From an uncultured Cytophagales bacterium (GTDB lineage: Bacteria > Bacteroidota > Bacteroidia > Cytophagales > UBA9547), in NCBI GenBank assembly GCA_945957555.1, contig CAMFLX010000001.1, forward strand, positions 114,229 to 178,228: a stretch of 64,000 nucleotides of DNA, written 5' to 3'. How positions within the stretch are numbered: position 1 is the stretch's first letter; each line of letters starts with the position of its first letter. The translations under genes and the position numbers were made by a program. Shown here piece by piece: positions 51,439 through 60,173 of this stretch. The notes under the pieces are model-generated. The model saw only the letters and a program-made list of their open reading frames with translations. It did no database searches and had not been told where the DNA came from.

Positions 51439-51958
51439 ATGAAAGGATTTTATGATGGATTGAGTAGTCTCAATTTGTATTGGATTTTTATTTTTTTTAC
51501 CTCATCTAACAACAAATATGCTACCCCAACATATTGCAAAAGTAATAGCGAAAACATTGGAGTTAAGAATTCTAGAACGGTGATTCATACTGCAGAAGTA
51601 GAGTTCGTTGTAAAAAATGTAGACTAACTGCCTCATGATGTACTTACGATTGTTGAAAAGAATGGGGGGCGTTTTTTAGCACACAATGTAAATGAAGAAA
51701 TTTGGAGTGAGATAAAATTGCGGTAACTGCGTAGCATCTAATCCAGATGTTGAAAATATCATTAAAATTGAGAGAGAACATCCGAGGCTCGGTAACGAAA
51801 TCGAAAATTATGATTGAAAGCTTAAAAAGATGGATCAGGAAATCAATTATTCAGAGATCACTATAAGATATCGTAAAAAACAAAAACTAGGTGTATTGAG
51901 CTATGTATTTGTTGGTCTATATAAGGGAATAGTTTGGTTGTTTGTTAGAAATTACTAG
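51439..51958 (+). pseudogene. decayed DUF4349-like gene
   Basis: RTVIHTAEVEFVVKNVD*LPHDVLTIVEKNGG, then after a frame change DVENIIKIEREHPRLGNEIENYD*KLKKMDQEINYSEITI..LGVLSYVFVGLYKGIVWLFVRNY*. Confidence 0.7.
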
Positions 51959-51995
51959 ATCGTTGTCTAACAAACGGCCAAACTGTTTTTTGAGA

Positions 51996-54089
51996 TTATT
52001 TTTTTAAGATTTTGATCTCAACTCTTCTGTTAAGTTTACGTGTCTCTTCTTTCAAATTACTAGCAATTGGCTGAGAATCTCCGTACCCCTTCCCAAGCAT
52101 TCTTTTAGCAAGAATCCCTTTACTTACAAAATATTTTGTAATGGCGACCACGCGTTGCTCAGAAAGAATTTGATTCAATGCAGGCTCTCCTACATTATCA
52201 GTATGCCCCCCCACTTCAATTTCCATTTTAGGATTTTTCTTCAACATATCTACGAACCTATCAAGTTCTGGATATGAGTTAGGGAGGATATTTGGTGTTC
52301 CCTGCGCAAAAAAGATATTGTTCATCACAATTTTTTCTCCTACCTCAATTGGTACCAAATAAAAATCTTTCTCAATTTCTTGATACTCATGAAGATTAGT
52401 AAGATCTATATTGTCGTTTTTAGTAAGATAACCTGCTTTTTCTGCAAATATTCCATATACTTTTTCATAAGGCAAAACAATTTTGTATTCACCAGTACTA
52501 GGGTTTGAGATCGCATTTCCAAGAGCCTTACCCTCAGGAAGTTCTTCATAAGTGATATCAGCGGAGAGTGGCTTTTTAGTTTTAGCGTCAAAGATTTTTC
52601 CATGTATTACCACCACTGGCTCTGGTCTTGCTGATTCTGAAAGCGTTATTCTTACGATATCTTCGGCGCCCAGAGTATTCAAACTTGTTACCAAATATGC
52701 ATAATCTCCTTTGGCTGGGACGGAGAAGTAGGCGTCGAATTCGATGGTATTGATATATGGTCCCATATTGAGAGGTTCTGACCATTTGGTCCAAGAATTA
52801 TCTAAACGTTTGGTAACAAACACGTCCATATCTCCAAAGCCAGGTCTACCTTCAGAGCTAAAGTACATCGTCTTACCATCAGCGGCTAAAAAGGGTGAGG
52901 CTTCATCTTGTTCACTATTTACATTCGGACCCAAGTTTATAGGTTCCGACCATTCGTCAGGCCCGATCATTGTGGTTACATACAAATCATTTTTGCCAAA
53001 AGAATCTGCTCTTTTTGCGGTAAAAATCATCGTTTTTTTGTTTGGAGCAATACAAGCTTCTTGATATTCGGATTCATTATAAAAGTTTTTGATTTTTATG
53101 GTTTGAGGCACAGACCAACCTTCATGGGTTCTGTTGGAATAGGAGAATCCAGCTCCTTGAGGCTTGCCATTTTTTTTATATGTTCCAGATAGATAAAGGG
53201 TATTATTATCAGGAGACACGGAAATAACGCCATTATGCTCTAGATTGTTAATGGGTAAACCAATGTTTTTGGCTTTGTTCCAAGTCGTGTCATTGACTTT
53301 GGTACTATACCACACATCTTGTGCTGTACCACCAATATTGCTAGGGTGGTTGTCTATGGCGTAATATAGGTTTTTACCATCGGCCGAGATAATCGGGTTC
53401 AGGTCATTGTAACTTGTATTTATGTTACTTCCAAGAGGTTCCTTTTTCTTTTCGATCAAACCATCTGGGGTTACTTTTATTTTTACATTTTGTTCAAAAG
53501 AAAATCGATCTACCTCAATAGTATTGTTACCCTCCACGATAAAGCCCATACCGTCATTATGGGTTAAAAACTTATCAGCAGGCGCTTTAAATACTTCTTT
53601 TTTGTTGATATAAAAGATATAGTTATTACCCTCTTTAGAAATCGCTAGCGTGTTGGGGTGATTGGAGGTTTTGATCATGTCGACCTTAGTCCAGTCTTTA
53701 ATGGTCGTTTGTATGTTATCGTTAACAATGGTTACTATTTCGAAGAATCCATTCATTCTAATAAAGAATCCATTAAAACTATTTTCATCTTTAGCCCAGA
53801 TTAGCCCTGAAATATTATGAGCATGAAATGTCTTTTGAGTATAGGTTACCTCTAATCCAAAATTTTGCTTCCAATCCATATATGGTGAAATACAAGATTC
53901 TGGGAATCCATCATCAGTTTTGGATTTTAAAATGTACTTGCCTTTAACTACTTGCCCAGAACCTTCAACGTCATCAAACTTTGGCCAAATGGAGCCTTCA
54001 TTAAACTCATCAGTAAATGAATTAGTTGAACTTTGCGCTAAACAAAGTACATTGAGGAAACAAAAAATTGATAATAAGTATACTCTCAT
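51996..54089 (-). CDS. OmpA-family protein with PD40/WD40-like repeats
   Basis: INT...PIISADGK, SPFLAADGKTMYFSS.G..GFG..D, C-terminal GHTD...N..LS..R...NRRVE; signal peptide from ATG 54089. Confidence 0.9.
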   Translation of the reverse strand: MRVYLLSIFCFLNVLCLAQSSTNSFTDEFNEGSIWPKFDDVEGSGQVVKGKYILKSKTDDGFPESCISPYMDWKQNFGLEVTYTQKTFHAHNISGLIWAKDENSFNGFFIRMNGFFEIVTIVNDNIQTTIKDWTKVDMIKTSNHPNTLAISKEGNNYIFYINKKEVFKAPADKFLTHNDGMGFIVEGNNTIEVDRFSFEQNVKIKVTPDGLIEKKKEPLGSNINTSYNDLNPIISADGKNLYYAIDNHPSNIGGTAQDVWYSTKVNDTTWNKAKNIGLPINNLEHNGVISVSPDNNTLYLSGTYKKNGKPQGAGFSYSNRTHEGWSVPQTIKIKNFYNESEYQEACIAPNKKTMIFTAKRADSFGKNDLYVTTMIGPDEWSEPINLGPNVNSEQDEASPFLAADGKTMYFSSEGRPGFGDMDVFVTKRLDNSWTKWSEPLNMGPYINTIEFDAYFSVPAKGDYAYLVTSLNTLGAEDIVRITLSESARPEPVVVIHGKIFDAKTKKPLSADITYEELPEGKALGNAISNPSTGEYKIVLPYEKVYGIFAEKAGYLTKNDNIDLTNLHEYQEIEKDFYLVPIEVGEKIVMNNIFFAQGTPNILPNSYPELDRFVDMLKKNPKMEIEVGGHTDNVGEPALNQILSEQRVVAITKYFVSKGILAKRMLGKGYGDSQPIASNLKEETRKLNRRVEIKILKK

Positions 54090-54249
54090 TTTATACAGCA
54101 ATTTTTAAATGGCAATAACGTTAGCTAAATACCTACACGACAAATATCAACATTTTTTGTTGAAATGAAAACACCTAGTTGTTACGTAACTTTCCGGATT
54201 TTGATTAAATAATTTATCTTTACTTTAATATTTAGAATCAATTTTATAA

Positions 54250-55035
54250 ATGAAAAATAGAGCACAGGCATTGAAGGAGTTTGATAGATTGCTGACTATC
54301 ATGGATGAATTAAGAGCACAGTGCCCTTGGGACAGGAAACAGACCATTGAAAGTTTGAGGTATTTGACTATCGAGGAAACTTTCGAGCTCTCGGATGCAA
54401 TAGTGGATCAAGATATGGAGGAAATCAAAAAGGAATTGGGTGATATATTTCTTCATATTGTATTTTATTCTAAAATAGCCTCTGAAACGCAAACTTTTGA
54501 CATAAGTGATGTTATAAATTCCTTGTGTGAAAAGCTAATTAGGAGACATCCGCACATTTATGGTGACGTTACCGCAGAAAACGAGGAAGAGGTAAAGAAG
54601 AACTGGGAGCGAATCAAACAACAAGAAAGTGGTGGTAAAAAATCTGTACTGAGTGGTGTTCCTAAATCAATGCCAGCTTTGGTGAAAGCGATCCGTGTGC
54701 AGGAGAAGGCACGGTCAGTGGGCTTCGATTGGGATCACAAAGACCAAGTTTGGGACAAAGTACAAGAGGAGATTGGCGAGTTTAAGGCAGAGGGAGATGT
54801 ACCCAGCCCAAATAAGGAAAAAATGGAGGCAGAGTTTGGCGACATTATGTTCTCTTTAATCAATTATGCAAGATTTGTTGACATCAATCCTGAGGATGCT
54901 TTAGAAAAAACCAATAAAAAATTTATAAAACGGTTTACATATCTAGAGGAACAGAGTAAGAAGGATGGAAAGGAGCTATCTAAAATGACTCTGGAAGAAA
55001 TGGATAAATACTGGAACGAAGCCAAGAAGCTTTAG
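54250..55035 (+). CDS. mazG: nucleoside triphosphate pyrophosphohydrolase
   Basis: CPWDRKQT, EE..EL, ELGD, KLIRRHPH, GFDW, EFGD. Confidence 0.95.
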   Translation: MKNRAQALKEFDRLLTIMDELRAQCPWDRKQTIESLRYLTIEETFELSDAIVDQDMEEIKKELGDIFLHIVFYSKIASETQTFDISDVINSLCEKLIRRHPHIYGDVTAENEEEVKKNWERIKQQESGGKKSVLSGVPKSMPALVKAIRVQEKARSVGFDWDHKDQVWDKVQEEIGEFKAEGDVPSPNKEKMEAEFGDIMFSLINYARFVDINPEDALEKTNKKFIKRFTYLEEQSKKDGKELSKMTLEEMDKYWNEAKKL

Positions 55036-55053
55036 TGATACCATGAATCGGAA

Positions 55054-55545
55054 ATGACAAGATTACATAGTTCTTTTAACCCCATTGCAGAAAATAGCCC
55101 AAAGGTCCTGATCTTAGGAACAATGCCTGGCGCCTTATCGCTTAAAGAGCAGCAATATTATGCGCATCCTCAAAATATGTTTTGGAAGATTTTGTTTCGA
55201 TTGTTTGAAAAAACTTATTCTGTGGACTATCAAGAAAGAATAGATTTATTAGTAAGTCATCACATTGCTTTGTGGGATGTCTTACAGCATTGTGAGCGTG
55301 AAGGCAGTTTAGACAGTAATATAACGAATGAAATCCCGAATGATTTCACGGCATTTTTTGGAAAACATATTGATATCAAACATGTTATATTTAACGGGCA
55401 ACCAGCTCAGAAATTTTTCAAGAAGTATGTAGGATTTCAAAACAGTCATTTTTATCATTTGTTGCCATCCACAAGCCCTGCACATGCTACAAAGAATTTT
55501 GAAACAAAACTACAAGAATGGAAATTGATTCTGAATCTTGTTTGA
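55054..55545 (+). CDS. DNA-deoxyinosine glycosylase (UDG superfamily)
   Basis: LILGTMPG..SL..QQYYAHPQN.FW, WDVL..C.R.GSLDS.I, LPSTSPA. Confidence 0.88.
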   Translation: MTRLHSSFNPIAENSPKVLILGTMPGALSLKEQQYYAHPQNMFWKILFRLFEKTYSVDYQERIDLLVSHHIALWDVLQHCEREGSLDSNITNEIPNDFTAFFGKHIDIKHVIFNGQPAQKFFKKYVGFQNSHFYHLLPSTSPAHATKNFETKLQEWKLILNLV

Positions 55546-55582
55546 GATTTAAGAATCAAAAATTTATAATTAATTTTGCCGC

Positions 55583-56236
55583 ATGGGACGTCAAAAACTT
55601 GCAAGATTTGAACACAATGCCAATGTTCACAATGTGATAGAGCCAGGCAAAGAGTTATTTGAGACAGTAAGGAAGAACTGGGATAAGCTTTTCTTTAAAA
55701 ATGGAAATCCAATAGTCTTGGAGTTAGCATGTGGAAGAGGAGAATATACGGTAGGCTTAGCAAAGGAATATCCTAATAAGAATTTTGTGGGATTTGATAC
55801 CAAAGGAGCAAGAATTTGGAAAGGAAGTACCATCGCTATTCAAAATGGCTTTACCAATGTAGCGTTTTATAGACATACCATAGATTTTCTAGATCAATAT
55901 TTTGAAAAAGGTGAAGTTTCGGAAATCTGGGTTGTTTTTCCAGATCCTCGGCCCTTGGAAAGGGATGAAAAGCGTCGTTTGGTTCACCAGCGCTATATTG
56001 ATATGTACAAACATGTGATGGGGGGCGGAGGCATCTTTAACTTCAAGACGGATAACAGAGAACTATTTGATTATGGTCTAGAGGTAGTAAAAAGCAATAA
56101 TCCTAAAAGTTTAATTTATACCCATGATTTATACAACTCGGACTATTTGGGATTCCATCATGGGATTCAAACAAAGTATGAATTGAAATTCCTTGCTGAG
56201 GGCTTCAAGATCAATTATTTGAGATGTGAGTTTTAG
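55583..56236 (+). CDS. trmB: tRNA (guanine-N7)-methyltransferase
   Basis: LELACGRGEY, KGARIW, FPDP, FKTD, IQTKYE. Confidence 0.93.
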   Translation: MGRQKLARFEHNANVHNVIEPGKELFETVRKNWDKLFFKNGNPIVLELACGRGEYTVGLAKEYPNKNFVGFDTKGARIWKGSTIAIQNGFTNVAFYRHTIDFLDQYFEKGEVSEIWVVFPDPRPLERDEKRRLVHQRYIDMYKHVMGGGGIFNFKTDNRELFDYGLEVVKSNNPKSLIYTHDLYNSDYLGFHHGIQTKYELKFLAEGFKINYLRCEF

Positions 56237-56399
56237 GTTTTATCGCCTAATAATGTTATCCTAAGGGTCTCAGCCCTGTCTGAAACATCGAAGATTCTCA
56301 ATAGCGTTGAGGGTATACCGGTTTTAGTGCTTCTGTGGTGCTGAAGCCTGAGCGGGAAATCTGCACAGCTCCCAGTGTATCAATGTGGACGAAGTATAT
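56233..56399 (-). pseudogene. degenerate second copy of the GIY-YIG nuclease gene
   Basis: manual translation gives (ATA)YFVHI, a frameshifting deletion, then YTGSCADFPLRLQHH-RSTKTGIPSTLLRIFDVSDRAETLRI, colinear with the intact copy. Confidence 0.8.
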
Positions 56400-56449
56400 A
56401 TTGCTGTAAAAACAAAAAAGACCTGGTCTTTCGATTCCGGATTTTTATG

Positions 56450-56523
56450 TCGGGGTGGCAGGATTCGAACCTGCGACCTTGGCGCTCCAAGCGCCACGCG
56501 ATACTGGGCTAGGTTGCACCAAT
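56450..56523 (-). other. tRNA-Pro-like mimic / pseudo-tRNA overlapping the GIY-YIG stop codon
   Basis: 74 nt, aligns without gaps to tRNA-Pro; T-arm and 3' acceptor strand kept, 5' acceptor and D-stem disrupted, anticodon stem TGGCG/CGCCA. Confidence 0.8.
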
Positions 56524-56751
56524 ATCATCGAGGAACCTTCTCGCCCTCCGTTTCTTGATCCTCAGCTCAAGTTTTAGTGCCCCTGTCCTGTCGTCGACCT
56601 CGAAGAGCCTGACGACTGTCCATGGGACACCCGACTTTGTGCTTCTGTTGTGCCCTGCGTTGTGGTGCTGGATCCTGAGCGAGACATCTGCATAGCTGCC
56701 AGTGTAATACTTTTTGGTATCCTCGCTGTATATGATATAGACAAAGTACAT
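56509..56751 (-). CDS. small stand-alone GIY-YIG nuclease (about 80 aa)
   Basis: YFVYIIYS...YYTG, conserved R (LRIQHHN), HN.G...STK...PW, ALKLE.RIK; ATG at 56751. Confidence 0.88.
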   Translation of the reverse strand: MYFVYIIYSEDTKKYYTGSYADVSLRIQHHNAGHNRSTKSGVPWTVVRLFEVDDRTGALKLELRIKKRRARRFLDDIGAT

Positions 56752-56760
56752 GGTGTAAAA

Positions 56761-56790
56761 CAAAAAAGACCAACATTTCTGTTGGTCTTT
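56761..56790 (-). terminator. intrinsic terminator after tRNA-Pro
   Basis: - strand AAAGACCAACA-GAAA-TGTTGGTCTTTTTTG. Confidence 0.75.
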
Positions 56791-56808
56791 CGATTCCGGA
56801 TTTTTATG

Positions 56809-56882
56809 TCGGGGTGGCAGGATTCGAACCTACGACCTCCACATCCCAAATGTGGCGCGATACCGGGCTACGCTACACCCCG
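56809..56882 (-). tRNA. tRNA-Pro (TGG)
   Basis: CGGGGTG/CACCCCG acceptor, CCACA-TTTGGGA-TGTGG anticodon arm, GGTTCGAATCC. Confidence 0.96.
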
Positions 56883-56943
56883 TTTTGAAGTTTTTTATTC
56901 GGTTACTTCTCCGATCTCCCTCAGTGTGCCTGCCGCAAACTTG

Positions 56944-57032
<89 letters not shown>

Positions 57033-57092
57033 TAATCGGGATGCAAATATAGGAACTAATTTTGTAATCCCAAATTTTCAGAGAATAAATCT

Positions 57093-57656
57093 CTATTTTT
57101 TTTTCACCCAATCATTATACTGTTCAACTACTAGCTTTTTTGAATGAAAGCTATTGTCATATTTATAACTTAAAATATCGTTTCTAAGTTGCTCATAATC
57201 TTGTACAAAGGGTACGATGTAATCTATTTTTCCAAAGGGTAAAAACTCTTTTCTATCCATTTTTTCCACTAAAAACGCTTTTTTGGGAGGTAGTATAAAA
57301 TCAGTTTTAATTTTTGTTTCATACATTGTAATTGGTCCATTTACAACAATTTCAGCAAACTGATATATCGAATCTGAATTTTCTGCAATAGGTAATTTCA
57401 CGGTTCTGAATATTTTGTGATTTGCTTCATAACCCAAAACTGTTTTTGGTAAAAAAATGCTATCCTTGGTCGTGTTATTTATATTCTTGACAACAATATA
57501 TGCATGAGAATATTTGTGATGGTTGTATACCAGTCCTTTAATGGTATCTGACTGTAATGTTATAACGTAGCCAATATGCCCTGAAGTATCTCTTTGAGCA
57601 TATATAGAATACGAAATGGTAAATGATAATATGATAAGTTTAGTAAAACTATTCAT
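57093..57656 (-). CDS. secreted hypothetical protein
   Basis: signal peptide; GYVITLQSDTIKG N-terminal pattern common in Bacteroidota secreted proteins. Confidence 0.7.
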   Translation of the reverse strand: MNSFTKLIILSFTISYSIYAQRDTSGHIGYVITLQSDTIKGLVYNHHKYSHAYIVVKNINNTTKDSIFLPKTVLGYEANHKIFRTVKLPIAENSDSIYQFAEIVVNGPITMYETKIKTDFILPPKKAFLVEKMDRKEFLPFGKIDYIVPFVQDYEQLRNDILSYKYDNSFHSKKLVVEQYNDWVKKK

Positions 57657-58572
57657 AACTAATATAGTCTTTTATTTTTGTTAATTCTTCTTCTGTAAAT
57701 GGGTAGGATTTTTGAAATTCTTCGAAGTTCGACAATTTACTATGATTTTTTAAATAATTGTAAATCACCTTACTTTTTTTATTTCCGAGATAGGGGTGGC
57801 TTGATAATAGCCCTAAACCTGCATGATTGATTGGAATAGTTTTAGGCTTAAAATGTTCACCTATGAATACTTGGTCTCTGAGTTCAGTTATAGCAAAATC
57901 ACTGAGTCCATACACTTCATGTAATTGATCGATATTCATAAAACCGCCCAATAGATCTCTATATTTGATGATCCTCAAGGCTAGCTTTGGCCCTACACCT
58001 TTTACTGTAACGAGTGTAGAGGTATCGGCTGTATTGAGATCAATTTTTTCTTTGACAGGCTTTAGTGAGGTTTTAGCAATTTCTTCTGTTTTACTTTTAT
58101 TATCAGTTATCGGTTGGTTTTCCCACAAGGTATTGTCTATGATGAGTCCATAAGATTTCTCATCCATATTATATATCTTTCTCAGATCTGATTTTTGGTG
58201 AAACCGCCCACCCTTTTCCAGATATTTAATGATATTGGAGGTAACCCTATTATTAATACCAAGATGTTTAAGATCTTCTTGGGTGATTTCATTTATCAAG
58301 ACTTTACGGCTGAGGTGGTTTTGAATGGAGTTGCTATCAAGATCTTTTGCCTCTACAAAACGACTTTGGTAGGCATCGGTACTTGATAACATGTTTGTAT
58401 TTGTGTCTACAATAATAACAAAGCTGGATGGTTCTTGGGTATATACATATTTTTGATATACGGGGAGCATGAGTAAAATGATACAGACGAATAGGAGGAG
58501 GAACATTCCTCATACCTCGCTTTTAGAAATCCCAAAGAATAAACTTACAGTATTAAGAATCTTATTGATCAC
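57649..58572 (-). CDS. ComEA-like helix-hairpin-helix protein, interrupted by an in-frame TGA at 58510-58512 (the ORF track starts at 58506)
   Basis: IDLNTAD...VKGVGPKLA.RI.KYR..LGGF...QL.EVYG HhH repeats; in-frame upstream GTG..FFGISKSEV*GMFLLL. Confidence 0.8.
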
Positions 58573-58707
58573 TGTTATAAATAACTATGAAAGTTCACGG
58601 TAATACAAAAATAGATTTTTTGAGGGATTTAATGCAAGAATTGTTGCATTAATTCTTGGGGATACTGATGCGTTTATGAATGTCGAAGGGCAGTTTGCTT
58701 TGTAAAT

Positions 58708-58741
58708 AAAAAAAGGGAGCGCCAAAAGCGCTCCCTTTTTT
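58708..58741 (-). terminator. terminator after gltA
   Basis: AAAAAAGGGAGCG-ccaaaag-CGCTCCCTTTTTT. Confidence 0.8.
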
Positions 58742-58743
58742 AT

Positions 58744-60030
58744 TTATCTTTTATTCATTTCTACATAATCTCTGTCGGTTTCGCCAGTGTAGATTTGACG
58801 AGGACGGCCAATTGGCTCTTTGTTTTCTCTTAGTTCTTTCCATTGTGCTATCCAACCCGGTAAACGGCCAAGGGCGAACATAACGGTAAACATATTTACA
58901 GGGATACCCAATGCTCTATAGATGATACCAGAATAGAAGTCCACGTTTGGATATAGCTTTCTTTCTACAAAATATTGATCTGTTAAAGCAGCATGCTCCA
59001 ACTCTTTAGCTATATCCAATACTGGATCACTCACACCAAGTTTGCCAAGAATGTCATCACATGCTTTTTTGATGATTCTTGCTCTTGGGTCAAAGTTTTT
59101 ATATACTCTATGTCCAAAGCCCATCAAACGGAATGGATCGTTTTTATCTTTTGCTTTAGCAACCCATTTCTGTACATCGCCACCATCAGCTTTGATCGCA
59201 TCAAGCATCTCGATTACTTCTTGGTTAGCACCACCATGTAGTGGTCCCCAAAGGGCATTGATACCTGCAGATACAGATCCAAATAAACTAGCTTGTGATG
59301 AACCAACGATTCTTACTGTAGAAGTAGAACAGTTTTGTTCGTGATCTGCGTGAAGGATCAAGAGGGTATTTAATGCTGCAGAAACCACAGGATCAACTAT
59401 ATATTTCTCCGTTGGGTTTGCAAACATCATGTGAAGGAAGTTTGAGCAGTAATCTAGATCATTGATTGGATAGTTTACTGGTCTCCCCTTTGATTTTTTA
59501 TAAGCCCAAGCTACCATGGTTGGCATTTTGGCAATTAACCTAATGATCGAATTGTCTACTTGTTCTTCTGTTTGGTTTGGATCTAACGACTCTGGATAAA
59601 AGGCAGTCAATGAGCAAACTAGTGAAGAAAGTACGCCCATAGGGTGCGCATAGGAAGGGAAACCATCCAAAATTTTCTTCACGTCTTCGTGGATCATCGA
59701 ATGACGGTCTATAGAAGTATCAAAATTCTTAAATTGCTCAGCAGTTGGTAGTTTACCATAAATCAATAGATATGCTACTTCAAGAAAGCTAGATTTTTCC
59801 GCCAATTGCTCAATCGGATAACCTCTATATTTCAAGATCCCCTCTTCTCCATCAAGATAAGTAATCGCACTTTTGGTTACACCTGTATTCTTGTATCCAA
59901 TATCGTAAGTGATATGACCTGTTAGATCTCTCAACTTACTGATATCAATGGCTTTCTCGTTTTCAGTTCCTTCAATTACAGGAAATTGATACGATTTACC
60001 CTCTATGATGATCTCAGCCTGCTTTGACAT
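58744..60030 (-). CDS. gltA: citrate synthase
   Basis: LKYRGYPIEQLA, LHADHEQNCSTS, LWGPLHGGAN, GFGHRVYK, YPNVDFYSG; ATG 60030 lies downstream of TATATTTG at 60065-60072. Confidence 0.96.
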   Translation of the reverse strand: MSKQAEIIIEGKSYQFPVIEGTENEKAIDISKLRDLTGHITYDIGYKNTGVTKSAITYLDGEEGILKYRGYPIEQLAEKSSFLEVAYLLIYGKLPTAEQFKNFDTSIDRHSMIHEDVKKILDGFPSYAHPMGVLSSLVCSLTAFYPESLDPNQTEEQVDNSIIRLIAKMPTMVAWAYKKSKGRPVNYPINDLDYCSNFLHMMFANPTEKYIVDPVVSAALNTLLILHADHEQNCSTSTVRIVGSSQASLFGSVSAGINALWGPLHGGANQEVIEMLDAIKADGGDVQKWVAKAKDKNDPFRLMGFGHRVYKNFDPRARIIKKACDDILGKLGVSDPVLDIAKELEHAALTDQYFVERKLYPNVDFYSGIIYRALGIPVNMFTVMFALGRLPGWIAQWKELRENKEPIGRPRQIYTGETDRDYVEMNKR

Positions 60031-60173
60031 ATAAAAAGAATTATAGTTTTTAAAAATGAAGGTACAAATATAAAAACTGAACGCTAGTAAACTAAGTAAT
60101 TCTACTTTTTTTTGTACTAGATAAAGCGTTTTTTTGGGAATGTCCAAACGCAACCGTTACCATTTGCGAATGC

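Larger units (their letters stand above)
56405..56838. repeat. direct repeat pair (56405-56479 and 56754-56838) covering the tRNA 3' half, trailer and terminator
   Basis: TGTAAAA(A)CAAAAAAGACC[AACATTTCTGT]TGGTCTTTCGATTCCGGATTTTTATGTCGGGGTGGCAGGATTCGAACCT(G/A)CGACCT occurs twice. Confidence 0.92.

Noticed and set aside
56450-56479. Prophage or genomic-island att site
   Set aside because: The repeats are only about 359 bp apart with no integrase or cargo, and the copy spans the whole tRNA length, so it is treated as part of the GIY-YIG unit.
58510-58512. TGA recoding (selenocysteine or an alternative genetic code)
   Set aside because: TGA ends many normal genes in this window, and the expected residue is Arg, not Cys or Trp.
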